From contig NIVC01000936.1 in the NCBI GenBank assembly GCA_002269645.1, positions 62,001 through 126,000 of the forward strand: DNA of 64,000 nucleotides. Reading direction: 5' to 3'. This document shows positions 1-12,700 of the stretch, one piece after another; positions within the stretch are counted from its first letter, which is position 1, and every line of letters begins with the position of its first letter. The notes under the pieces are model-generated. The model saw nothing but the letters and a program-made list of their open reading frames with translations. It was not told the DNA's origin and made no database searches. The DNA is from Macrostomum lignano (Eukaryota). Position numbers and translations under genes: made by a program.

Positions 1-150
1 ACCATGTCAGTTGGTCACTGCCACCATGTCAGTTGGTCTCTGCCACCATGTCAGTTGGTCACTGCCACCATGTCAGTTGGTCACTGCCACCATGTCAGCT
101 GGTCACTGCCACCATGTCAGCTGTTCACTGTCACCATGTCAGTTGGTTAC
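1..150. repeat. 22-bp intronic minisatellite (ACCATGTCAGTTGGTCACTGCC)n
   Basis: Direct tandem copies immediately downstream of the ACTR10 donor at 179. Confidence 0.9.
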
Positions 151-179
151 TGCCCTCCCATGTGCCGAATCATTCTTAC

Positions 180-3100
180 CTTCTCCAGCTTCTCTCCTCC
201 ATCAAGAGCAGCCTCAGACCCCAGCAGGCGCTGCAAATTCAAATGAATAGCCTCAGCTCCCAGCGGAGCAGCTTGCCAAGCTTTGAGCACGGAGACTCCG
301 TGAAATACGGGCACTACAAGGGCCTCTTTGTAGCCGCAGTCCAGCACCAGGCCAGTCTGGGTGCCTAGCGGCAGCAGGCTGAGCAGATGAGCCGGGGCGA
401 ACAGCAGCGATGGCGCTTCGAAGTGATGGAACAGCACGTCTGCTACGGTGTCGCGAATCAGCGTTGGACAGAGCACTGACTCTACTAGGAGCACTGGCCG
501 CTCTTTGGGATTCACCAGCAGGTACCTGAGTGTTTGATTGTCAAAATGCTGGGCTTTTAGGCTCATTCTTACCTAATTCTAGGCTGATCAGCTAAGGTGA
601 TTCCTAAAGTTTTGTAGGTGACTCTTAAAGGAATTTTAGGTGACTCCTAAAAGTATTTTAGGTGATCTTTAAAGCTTATAGATTATAGGTGATTATTAGA
701 AGGATTTTAGGTGATTCCAAGAGGTATTTTAGGGACTTCTAAAAGGATTTTAGGTGACTCCTAAATGTATTTTAGGTGATCTTTATACGCGTTGTACTCG
801 TAGGTGAACCCTAGAGGGATTTCATGTGACTATTAGGATTTTAGGCGACTCCTGAAAATTGTTTAGGTGATTCCTAAAGGATTTTTAGGTGATTTCTAAA
901 GGTATTATAGGTGACTCCTAAAAGTATTTTAGGTGATAAAGTTATTTTAGGTGATTCCCAGAGGAATTTTAAAAAGCATTTTGGGTGAGTTTTTAAACTT
1001 TTATGAAAATACAAGCGTAGACTACAGCCTTGTAAATCATTGAGTTAAAATAATCAGGTAATTTATTGACTTACTTAAAATAGATCGAGTGAAAAAAGTC
1101 AACAAGAAGTGCCCGCAAGTCGTCCTTGTCCTTGTAGTCCCAGACATTACGTGGAACTCCAATTGACTGGAAAAAGTGTAATGAGCAACAAAAGTTAGCA
1201 TGGGTGCAAATTAAATTAGCAAAATATTTAACATAAAACTCCAACCTGCAATGGCGCTTCGCCAACTCGAGTTTTAACCGCCACAGATGGGCTGATCCAT
1301 CGGGGTGCGAACTCACCAGCAATGCCGCACCTGCGAAAATTTATTGTTAAAGGCTTAAGCCATAGAATTAAAAACTGCAATAATAAAAAACTGTATCTTT
1401 AACAAGACAATAGCAATATTTGAAAATATTTTTTGAAGAGCAAGCAACGAAACATTCAATCATTAGTATACACTGCTTTGAAATTGTCTAGAAGAACTTC
1501 TATAGATTTATAGGCATATTTACCTATTTGCATAAATGAGTTGTCAGTAGTAAGTTGGCATATAGTTGGTGTGAAATTCCTATTAGCACAATGTTAAAGA
1601 TATAACAAAATTAGAAAATTGGCATATATAGTACACCTTTGTGTTCTATTGCAAGGGTTAAGCTATAGTTTTCTGACAAATGCATGTAGTTTCACTATAG
1701 GCGAAATATGAATTTGCAAAATATATTTTAATTTGATAGACTTCTTAAACTATAGGTGTAGAAATTGTTTCAGTTTTATCAGAGTCATAATTTAGCTAAT
1801 TTTTGCAAAAAAAAACTAATTTTTGCTAAATTTAAGCTTTTTTATGTAGCTTCAACCCAAATTCATATAGCCTAAAACCAATCATTGGGACAAAGGGAAG
1901 AGATGTTTGGGATGAAAATATTATTTAATGAGATTACTTAATATACCATTTCTTTAATATAAATTTATTCATATCAATTCTTTGACCTTTGGGGAGCACC
2001 TTTATTTAAGGAAAGATAAAAATTCTTCAAGTTCTTTAAGCACACACCTTCTTTCCCATTTTTGTTTTATTTCTGCTGTATCTTTTGTGTTGGTCCAATT
2101 CTAGGTTTTTCCTCCTTTTCCCCCAGTTGCCCTACCTGTTATACCACCCAGTGACCCACCTATTGTTTTCTTAACTTGCTCCCCCTACTTAATAATTTGT
2201 TTTGGCCACAAAAATGTTATACTCTTCCTTCCTCCCACTCTTTTGTTATTGCCCATACTGCCTGCATTACTGCCCATTCCGCCAACTCCCTTGAGCAGGC
2301 ATACAAGCGTGCGGATATGTACGCAAGTACACACTCACATAGGAGTGTAAAGCGGCCCTAACTTTATTTATTGTTAGGCATGTACACTTCATTGTGCCTT
2401 GGGGTTGGCCCTTAAGGCCGCTAATTGCATGAGCAGAGCCAAGCCAAGATTCCAATTCAGCCCCAAATTAATGTGACAGCACTTGGAATTGAGCCTGGGT
2501 TGCTGGCACACCAGAGCAGCTGCGTTACCGCTAGGCTATGGCCCCTTTATTGAAGCCCACCTAGTTTTCTATTAAGTCATTTGCCTATAGGGCATTAAAA
2601 AACCAAATTAATCTCATCTCTGAATGAACTCTGAGATCTCAATGTTCTGTAATATGCAAATTATAGTAGTAGCAATGCTATTTTACTATTAGCAAGCAAA
2701 ACTAAGATAAACAATATACATTGAAATTACAGAGTCTAAGGACCCAAACTGAATGACCATGCCTGTTTAAAAGACCGCTTGACTACAATTATGACTACCC
2801 TCCCTAGACTTCAGGACCCGGCAGACAGAGTACAAGGAGAAAGCTACTGCAACGAAACTACACAATTTTTTTTGGCTTTACAAGTGCCAAGATAACAAAG
2901 ATAGCAATTCAAATTTCAAACTGTCCCAACTCATTGTGTCAGCAATGATTGACTTACAAATCTATTTTCTCCACCCCTATCTCAATAGGCCTATTTTCTA
3001 AGAAAAGTCTATATTTTGAATTTTTATATAATATTAATAATCTTCAAAATAATTTACTTTAAGTATTTTTATAAACATTTTAGCAAAAAATAATTATATT

Positions 3101-3952
3101 TTCTAAGGATGAAACATGTCCTTTGCATATATTAGATTAATTTCTAGGCACATTTAAAGGACAAAAATTCCTAGATGATACTACATGCCAATCATATAAA
3201 CCTATTTTTCTTTGTATAGCCATAGGTTATATATTGTCATTACTCATTAGCAATGTGGTCCACAAGAAGGTAAAAATATTAGTCTAAGGATAGGCTAATA
3301 TTACAATAGGTAAAGACATAGTCATGTTGATGACTATACTTCTGATAGAACACTAGGCCTAGGGGCAGATTTTAAGAAGGATAGGGGATAGCTGCCTCCC
3401 CCCTCCTAAAAAAGCTTTACAGAACATATTTTGCCCCCCCCCCCAAAAACATAAGTTTGCGCCCTTTAAACTTGATTTTTTGCCCCCAAGAACGTTTTTT
3501 GTACCCCTAAGCTTGACTTTTTGCCCCTTACATATTTTTTGTGCCCCTAAGCTTGATTTTTGCCCTCTATATACATTTTGTGCCCCTAGCTTAATAATTG
3601 GCATTCTTTATACTTGTGTTGGCGACACAAACTTAGACCGCCCCCCCAAATAAAACTCTAGATCTGCCACTGACTAGGCCTAGTGTAGTAATAGGCCTTT
3701 TTACTACAAAACAATGGATATATCAACAACTAATTATTCTATAAGGCTTGTTTTAACCATAACTGCAGATAGGAAAAGTTGCTATATTTATATTTAGTTA
3801 TATAATTTTTAGGCGTTAGACTGATAGAGAAAATTCAAACTGAAGTCTTACTTGGTCAAAGAGTGTCCCAACTCAACAACAATGCATGGTTTTTCAGTAG
3901 AATAATTAATGTCCAGAAGTGGTGCTTTCGGATCAAGAATCGGTGCTGACAT
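180..3952 (-). CDS. ACTR10: Actin-related protein 10 (Arp11, dynactin subunit), 5' exons; gene continues beyond the left edge. Exons 3952-3852, 1330-1246, 1166-1075, 525-180
   Basis: GT-AG exons join in phase (101+85+92+346 nt). They give MSAPILDPK..EKPCIVVELGHSLTKCGIAGEFAPRWISPS..YFKYLLVNPKERPVLLVESVLCP..LVLDCGYKEALVVPV, collinear with recalled Arp10 motifs ([49 protein letters not shown]). Confidence 0.9.
575..990. repeat. Degenerate ~20-bp minisatellite (TTTTAGGTGAYTCCTAAAG-like) in ACTR10 intron
   Basis: Recurrent TAGGTGA core about every 20 nt. Confidence 0.7.
2293..2545 (-). mobile_element. tRNA-headed SINE, copy 1
   Basis: Reverse complement begins GGGGCCATAGCCTAGCGGT (A-box-like) and contains GGCTCAATTCC (B-box-like). 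The body aligns by eye along its length with 15957-16226. Confidence 0.7.
3360..3672. mobile_element. Non-autonomous DNA transposon (MITE), hAT-type by 8-bp TSD
   Basis: Imperfect TIRs TAGGGGCAGATTT / AGATCTGCCACTG, flanked by exact 8-bp direct repeat ACTAGGCC (3352-3359, 3673-3680). Internal GCCCCTAAGCTTGA subrepeats. Confidence 0.7.
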
Positions 3953-4948
3953 TTTTAGTGAGAAAATGTATTCTTTTTAAATTAAATCTCCAAAAAGCTA
4001 GAAATTTAGATTCGGTTGAGTCTTGCCTAGATGATAAATTTAAGGATTAGGGCCATTTACTAACGGTTTGCAGATATCGAAAAACACGAGTTCTTAGAAA
4101 TGGGTGGTTTTGTTTTTTGATTTAAGATAGTTATAAACTAAAACAAGTTTCAAGTGGTCGTTTTCTGCTTGTAATGGTCTGAAATCTCAAAATATCGTAA
4201 AAGTTATTTACAAAAATTTCTGATTCGCTGATTTGAGCTTGTGTTTGTTTTAGTTTGAAATAAATGAAATAACTATGGAAAATGGGTAAGAACAGACAGG
4301 TAAATCAGAATGTACTGTATAGTATAAATATTGCAGTCAGTGCAGAGCAATATGATGGAGATGGTGTAAAATTTACGTGTAAATGTCATTAGTGGAGATT
4401 AAACCAATGTTTGCAATTCAAGCCTAAAATCTATATAGACGCTATTCACAGCGAGCTTGTTGATTTCGGCTTGAATTAAATCGAACAAAATGGCTAATTA
4501 AAATCCAATATTCCTGGGCTGAATTCGTTTTTTAAATCAGAACACGCAATAAAATGCACAATTTGTGCAAGAAAAAATCATCAAATACGTCTGAATACAA
4601 TATACAATTACAAACGTTTTGAAACAGCACCTATAGTTAATAAAAACACGCAGTCGGTGTGTTGTGTTCTGCACTTCTGTGGTGCAAGGGAACTTCGATC
4701 ATTCATGCTGCATGACTCAGTGCGTCTGTTTGTCATGCAACCCCCATGCAGCTCGTATTTTATTCGGTTGAGAGCCTTGACTTTGAGGGTCGCGAGGGCT
4801 GATTGCATGGCTGGGCCGTTGGGCAGCTGGGCTCAGTTTCTCTCCCCTCGCGTGGTGTGATTGGCTGAAGTGGGTAATAGGAGCCCGGTCGAGGAGGGTT
4901 GTGGTGGGGTGGTGGCCTGGAGGGGCGTGCAGCCTCCCCCGGGATAGC

Positions 4949-6240
4949 GAAGTTTACCCACGGGACATTTGCCAGCCGACATTTGCCTGCGGGACGTTTG
5001 CCTGCGGGACGTTTGCCTGCGGGACGTTTGCCTGCGGGACGTTTGCCTGCGGGACGTTTGCCAGCCGACGTTTGCCAGCTGACTTTGCCAGCCAACATTA
5101 AGTCAGTGAGTGAAAAATTTGATACTGAAATATTCGCAGTTTAGCGGTTTGAAAAAAAAGTTTTTTAGTCCAACTTTTTGACGGTTATTCGCATGTATAA
5201 AAGTTCGAAAACAAAATCTATACAATAAATGCAGTTCATCAATCTAGCATCTAGTTTAACAACAATTTCTTTGAATGTGAAAATATTATAAAGTTTACTT
5301 CTGACAGTTTTTTATCGCTTTTCCCAGTTTGAGATGTTTAATTTTTTATTTGCGAAGGAAGACACGCAAATCTAAACGGGAATCTCCAGCGAACCAAGTT
5401 ATGAGCAAATATAAGAACTGGTGAACGATAATTCTGGCCTATATATTTCCCAGTTCATTGATTGCGAGATCCAAAAGTAAGCGAATTAATTCCGATGCAG
5501 CTTGTCAAGTGCACGCTGTCATGGCCAAACTCCGTTAAGCAGAGTTAGGCTTTTGAGTTAAGTATATATAGGCGAGACTAGGCCAATACCATTATGGATG
5601 TCCCAGTCTTTTCCCATTTTGCTTGTAAACACTTAGCTTGTTTGGCCAAGATGGAAAAGGGCCATTCCATGGCATACATAGACATCAACTGTGACGATGG
5701 AAACTCTTATTTTGTATTTTTACCTTTCTATTTAGGCAGACAAGAGCAATAACTTCAATAAGCCTGAACAGTAGTTTGTTAGTAAAAATTAACCTGTATA
5801 TTTAATAGCAGTAGTAGGGAGCGAGGTGGAATTAGATTAGTGCTATGTCCACAGTTTTCGAATGCAAGTACATGTAAGTCTAGAGAGGGCATACTTCTTT
5901 AACCAATTGCCGCCTGCAAATGTCCGGCTGGCAAACGTCAGCTGGCAAACGTCGGCTGGCAAACGTCGGCTGGCAAACGTCCCGCAGGCAAACGTCCGCT
6001 GGCAAACGTCCGGCAGGCAAACGTCAGCTGGCAAACGTCCCGCAGGCAAACGTCAGCTGGCAAACGTCCCGCCGGCCAACGTCGGCTGGCAAACGTCGGC
6101 TAGCAAACGTCAGCTGGCAAACGTCCCGCAGGCAAACGTCAGCTGGCAAACGTCGGCTGGCAAACGTCGGCTGGCAAACGTCGGCTAGCAAACGTCGGCT
6201 GGTAAACGTCCCGCAGGCAAACGTCCGGCAGGCAAACTTC
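4949..6240. mobile_element. Foldback-like element with inverted arms built of 15-bp subrepeats
   Basis: Left arm (TTTGCCTGCGGGACG)n at ~4949-5095; right arm is the reverse complement (AAACGTCCCGCAGGC)n at ~5905-6240. Termini GAAGTTT..AAACTTC; ~810-bp AT-rich spacer. Confidence 0.6.
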
Positions 6241-7594
6241 ATAGACCCCTTCCCCCGGGGGGCACCGACTATTTCCCCCGGGCCTTCCACTTAGGAGTGC
6301 TTTTTAGTAGCCTTCCCTATTCCTACTGACCCACCGAGATCCATGCCATAATGCGTGGCAAATTTACTGAAAAATACTAGTAAACTAAGAATTAGAAATG
6401 AAGCCTACAAAGAGTCGTTTACCGGTCTGCTCGTGCCAGATCCTGCCGCCAAGAGAAAGTGCAGAGTGCGCTCCTCTGTCTTTTTTTGGTTGTCAAGGGA
6501 ACAACTAAAGGTCCGCGTTTGTCCTTAAGCCTATCCAATTAAGGATACGCAGTCATATCACGCGAGTTTTATTTTTTGCAATCCTGAGCGTCTTGGCGCC
6601 TAGCTTTGTCTTGGCGTCCTGACGCGGGCATCAGTTCACATAGGAGCGTCCTGACGCCCCAAGCTGCACGTGAGCACTCGCGTCCTGATGCAGGCGAGCA
6701 AGGACCCTTATGGATATACTGTACCCTGTATACATGTGTGAGTGCGTTGACTGCTGGTCGAGAAAAGGTGTTATTGTACAGGTGTCGGCGTTGTACAGCA
6801 GGACAGTCTCGTCTCGATCGACCAGGCTACTACATCGCCTGGTAGGGCATCGGATTAATCTGTGTACGATCGCTGTAACTTGAGGCAACAAGGATAGACT
6901 AACTGCAAACTTTGAACAACACTATTTAAAAGTACATTTTAATTGTGTCAAAACTCCAAAATAGTAAATAACAGCTAGGCCTACCGATGTTTAAATATTG
7001 TATTTAATAAGCTTTTCGAATGATTTTTGATTTGTTTGATTTTGACGGTATATTTGAATTTTTAGATATCGAAATTAAACTGAAGTCTCGTCTTGGTGAA
7101 AGATATCGATAAAAAATATCAAAAGATTCTCGGCGCTTGTTCGCTCTTCCTCAGTAATGTTGAACCATTCGATTCTATAGATGAAGGCAGCTGGCTAAAT
7201 TCTAAAGTAGGCAGAGTTCGAATCTACGGAAAGCGTAAAAGAGCCTTTTCTATATGAGTCTAAAGCGCAGAAAATGAATATGACAGTTTGTCTGTTGGGG
7301 TAGAAAAAAGAGCTAATGATATTTCTAATACGGCTAATCAGCATGCATCTGTTTTGTTAAGCAAAAGCATTTCATAGGCTGAGTATTGTGCGCATATAAG
7401 TACGTAGATTATGATTTTTTATTGAACATTCCTGTTCGCATCGAGTGCGTTTATCCGCGTTGCATCCTTTCAACTGGGTGTTTTTTCAGCTAGAACTCTG
7501 ATCGCTGCTCATGTTGGCCACTCCACTGAGATTGAGGCTGCCGCTGCTGCTGCTGCTGCTGCAACCGCTGCTGGTTCATTTGCTGCTGTGCCTG

Positions 7595-9700
7595 CTATGG
7601 GTTCTGCTGTCGCTGACCCCACTGCTGAGTCTGAGGCTGCTGCTGCTGCGACTGACCCCACTGCTGAGTCTGAGGCTGCTGCTGCTGCTGCGGCTGACCC
7701 CACTGCTGAGTCTGTGGTTGCTTCTGCTGCTGCGGCTGACCCCACTGCTGAGTCTGTGGTTGCTGCTGCTGCTGCGGCTGACCCCACTGCTGAGTCTGTG
7801 GTTGCTTCTGCTGCTGCTGCTGTCGCTGACCCCACTGCTGAGTCTGAGGCTGCTGCTGCTGCGACTGACCCCACTGCTGAGTCTGAGGCTGCTGCTGCTG
7901 CGGCTGACCCCACTGCTGAATCTGTGGTTGCTGCTGCTGCTGCTGCTGCGGCTGACGCCACTGCTGTGTCTGCGGTTGCTGCTGCGAAGAAGCCTGCGAG
8001 ATCTGCGCAGTCGTGTGCCCAGTACCAGTTTGCTGCGTCTCCGACCACTGATTCGATTGTTGGGGCTGGGGCTGCAACTGCTTTTTTGGCTGCATCTGAA
8101 GCTGAGAAGTGCTTTGTTTCATTTGATATTGCTGCTCAGTCGGTGCTTGATTCTGCAATGCCTTTGTTGGAGACTGTTGCTGCGGATAAGCTGGTTGAGC
8201 CTGCTGCGGCATTTGCTGTGCTGACAGCCCAAACTGATTCTGCATTTGCGGCTGCAACTGAGCCTGCTGATGCAGCTGAATCTGATGCTGTGCTCCCGCA
8301 TTTTGGCTCTGAATTTTCTGCCGCTGTGGTTGCATCTGCTGCTGCTGTGGTTTCATCTGCTGCTGTTGTGGTTTCATCTGCTGCTGCTGTGGTTTCATCT
8401 GCTGCTGCTGTGGTTGCATCTGCTGCTGCTGTGGTTGCATCTGCTGCTGCTGTGGTTGCATCTGCTGCTGTGGTTGCATCTGCTGCTGTTGTGGTTTCAT
8501 CTGCTGCTGCTGTGGTTGCATCTGCTGCTGTTGTGGTTTCATCTGCTGCTGCTGTGGTTGCATCTGCTGCTGCTGTGGTTGCATCTGCTGCTGCTGTGGT
8601 TGCATCTGCTGCTGTTGTGGTTTCATCTGCTGCTGCTGTGGTTGCATCTGCTGCTGCTGTGGTTGCATCTGCTGCTGCTGTGGTTGCATCTGCTGCTGTG
8701 GTTGCATCTGCTGCTGTTGTGGTTTCATCTGCTGCTGCTGTGGTTGCATCTGCTGCTGTTGTGGTTTCATCTGCTGCTGCTGTGGTTGCATCTGCTGCTG
8801 TTGTGGTTTCATCTGCTGCTGCTGTGGTTTCATCTGCTGCTGCTGTGGTTGCATCTGCTGCTGCTGTGGTTGCATCTGCTGCTGCTGAGGTTGCATCTGC
8901 TGCTGCTGAGGTTGCATCTGCTGCTGCTGAGGTTGCATCTGCTGCTGAGGTTGCATCTGATGCTGAGGTTGCATCTGATTTTGAGGTTGCATCTGCTGCT
9001 TTTGTGGTTTCATCTGCTGCTGCTGTGGTTGCATCTGCTGCTGCTGTGGTTGCATCTGCTGCTGAGGTTGCATCTGCTGCTGTTGTGGTTGCATCTGCTG
9101 CTGTTGTGGTTTCATCTGCTGCTGTTGTGGTTGCATCTGCTGCTGCTGAGGTTGCATCTGCTGCTGCTGTGGTTGCATCTGCTGCTGCTGAGGTTGCATC
9201 TGCTGCTGTTGTGGTTGCATCTGCTGCTGAGGTTGCATCTGCTGCTGAGGTTGCATCTGATGCTGAGGTTGCATCTGATGCTGAGGTTGTGGTCTTTGTC
9301 GCTGTCTCTGAGGCCGCTGCTGCTGCTGCTGTTGCGGCTGGTGTACTTGCTGCTGAGGCAATGGGGCCTGTGGCACCTGCTGCTGGTGAGGCAATGGGGC
9401 CTGTGACACCTGCTGCTGCTGAGGCAATGAGGCCTGTGGCACCTGCTGCTGCTGAGGCAATGGGGCCTGTGGCACCTGCTGCTGCTGAGGCAATGGGGCC
9501 TGTGGCACCTGCTGCTGCTGAGGCAATGAGGCCTGTGGCACCTGCTGCTGCTGAGGCAATGGAGCCTGTGGCACCTGCTGCTGCTGAGGCAATCGAGCCT
9601 GTGGCACCTGCTGCTGCTGAGGCAATGAGGCCTGTGGCACCTGCTGCTGCTGAGGCAATCGAGTCTGTGGTACGGTGGCTTTCGGCAGCTGCTGCGCATT
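7595..9700 (-). repeat. Coding low-complexity repeats: (PQQQQM)n, (VPQAPLPQQQQ)n, (QQWGQPQQQQQPQT)n
   Basis: CAG-rich repeats in frame with the last kettin-like exon, no frameshift over ~2.1 kb. Confidence 0.75.
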
Positions 9701-12700
9701 AGTCTGAGCCGGAGTCTTTGGCCAGGCAGGATTGAGGTCCTTGACCGTTGCTTCAGCATTTGGCTTGTGCACGGGCAGCTGCCTGCCCTCCTGGCAGCCT
9801 GCGTAGAGCCCGCCGCGCAGCCGGGACTGGACGGAGGCGTACAGCCTCTCAGCCTGCTCCACCTCCGGGTCCCGGTAGGTCAGAGACTTGATCTCCGATT
9901 CTGCGATAATAAATTTTCGAACTTGCTGAGAATCATCATGGACACACTCATGATCATCATGGACACACTCATAATCATCCTGGACACACTCATAATCATC
10001 ATGGACATACTCATAACCATCCTGGACACACTCATAATCATTATGGACACACTCATAATCATCATGGACACACTCATAATCATCATGGACACACTCATAA
10101 TCATCATGGACATACTCATAACCATCCTGGACACACTTATAATCATCATGGACACACTCATAATCATCATGGACACACTCATAATCATCATGGACATACT
10201 CATAACCATCCTGGACACACTCATAATCATTATGGACACACTCATAACCATCCTGGACACACTCATAATCATCATGGACACACTCATAATCATCATGGAC
10301 ATACTCATAACCATCCTGGACACACTCATAATCATTATGGACACACTCATAATCATCATGGACACACTCATAATCATCATGGACACACTCATAATCATCA
10401 TGGACATACTCATAACCATCCTGGACACACTCATAATCATTATGGACACACTCATAACCATCCTGGACACACTCATAATCATCATGGACACACTCATAAT
10501 CATCATGGACACACTCATAATTACCCTGGACACCCTTGTAATCATCATAAACACACGTAATCCTATAGACATACTCGTAATAACCACGAGACACAATAAT
10601 TTTACGACATAAAACACAAATTCGTAGAATTCCGCACCTCGTTCCACTTTTCTTAGATTGTCCGCCGCTCCCATCGGTCTGCTGATCTTCTGCTGCAGCT
10701 CCTGCGATATCGCCACTTTGCGCAGCTCGGCCAGCCGACTGAAATTCGCCTCTGCATTGGGGGAAGAGCAATGGAACGATCTTCAGTCTTTCCATTTGGA
10801 ACAATTGATCTCTGTTGACAGTTCTGTGTGTGGTCTTAACTTTTACAAGACTGATTGTGTCAGACAATAACACTAACACTAAGAGGCTCATCATTGAATG
10901 CTCCGATTGGTTCCCGGATCTGCATCACTGTCATCTGAGGTCATAAAAGTCCACTAAGAAGGATATCTTTTGTCTTGAAAATAATTCACTTGATAACTAT
11001 GTGAAAAAGAGGAAGGCGTAGCGTAGGTATGTTACTATAGTGTGGAGCACAACAATGGATTATTTGTCCATGGTCAGCAGTGCTTACCATATAGGCACTA
11101 AGGGAGTTAGATCATAGATCCCTTCATCCATGAATGAGTAGCCCATCTTGTGTATATATGATCTTTGGGCCAGACTCATAGCTCGTACCCATGGATGAAG
11201 GAATATCATGGATTTCTCATCTGCGCAATGTCCGTGGAGTCGAGGACCCGACCAACCCCCAATCTTGGAATTGTGACGTACCGCTTGAAGTAGATTGACT
11301 GAGCGAGTCTATAAATACTCATCCCGCTTCGTATAAAATTTTCAACTTTCTTTTCAGTATAGGTTGTCTTAAAGAGCAAATGTATAGTCACGATCAATGC
11401 AAAGAGTAACAGTAGCTGGGGAGTAGAGGGTTTCTGGGAGGGAGAGGATGATCCACTTTGAGCATGAGCGGCTACAGCTTGATCTATGTTATGTTATTCC
11501 TTCATCCATGCTCATACCCGGCCAGTCTGCTCCAATAGAGACTGGGTCATCCAATTCACTCAAAGTAGCAGACAAGAGCGGGAATGATAAGCTCTGTTAA
11601 TTTATGGTAAGCACCATTTGATGACGCAATTCTTATGGTTTCAAGCCTAAAAAATCATTCGGAATTATATATCTAGTCCTCTATTTCTCGCTCAGAACAG
11701 CAGCAACAGAATCAAAGTACGGCTGACTGACGCTGCAGTTAGAGAAGAAGCATCGCGTGGCGCATCTTTCCACGCCGGGGTAGAGGGAGGGCCTTCATTT
11801 TTTAGCAGCGGTGCTTCGTGGACCGTCATTCGCCTTGGATGGAGACGACTGTATGGTAGACTATGGTATACACACAAGATTTGAAGAGAGAGAGAGAGAG
11901 GACTCAGACTGAAAGAAATCTTGAAGATCTAATCAGGACAAATCACTGTCCCTCAAGAGGTGTTTCTGAAGCCGTACAACCTCAATTTGACTCAAGCCAG
12001 CACAAGCTTATAAGAACTTCTGAGACTCAAGTTCCTTTCCCACAGTAGTGAATTATTAGCCTCAAATTCTTCTCTAGCTACTTAGTAGTAGGCAATCTCT
12101 AACAGCAAACATCCATGCTCTCGCCTGGCTCAATGTGCTTGAGATCCGGTCGAAAGTCGCCAGCCGGCACCACGCTGACGACGGCCTCGGCGAACACCTG
12201 ACCCAATGGGTTCGCCGCCAACACCCGGAGCTGGTGCTGGCCGACATCCTGGCAGCGAACAATCTCCAGACAGTTGATGGAACCGTCTTTGTGCACAACG
12301 TAGTTGGCCGTCTGGGAGCCCGGTGGAATCGAGATGATTTAATCGATTTTATTGAGTAAAATGACTTACGAATCTAATAACGAAATGCAAGACTTACATT
12401 GCTTGTCTCCAGGTTGTTCTGCGTCTCATCACCGCTCTGGAAAAAATGCCAATGTGGGGGTCAGAAGCGTCAAATTGGATGCAAGGAAGTCAGATAAGTC
12501 AGAATTGAATATAATGCTTAAAAATTTGGGGTCAAGAGTGGTGTAACGAGCGGCCAATTGGATGTCAGGAGTGTCAAATTGGATGGTGTCCAAAATTTTC
12601 ATCATGACAGCCCCTACATGTATAAATATGCTCGTGTATGCTCACATCCTCCATGGCATATGAAATTTAAGCACTGACCGTCGCAATCGGTTGATTATCC

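Noticed and set aside
5500-6850. GIY-YIG/Penelope-like words (VYIGETR at ~5565; LLYRCRRC..GYYIAW at ~6775-6842)
   Set aside because: Very short matches interrupted by stops, with no RT domain nearby; not supportable without a profile search.
7072-7105. ~30-bp similarity to the ACTR10 exon-1 donor region (3832-3865) as a duplicated exon
   Set aside because: Short, AT-rich and gapped; the similarity does not extend into coding sequence.
7509-9702. Ala/Val-rich 704-aa and Leu-rich ORFs on the + strand (antifreeze-like)
   Set aside because: Antisense or alternative-frame shadows of the CAG-rich coding exon.
9901-10894. N-terminal third of the 1099-aa ORF, including (HDDYECV)n, as a metal-binding repeat protein
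   Set aside because: It is the 21-bp intronic minisatellite read through by chance. The true exons 10751-10638 (different frame) and 9900 onward join in phase and restore the kettin-like motif.
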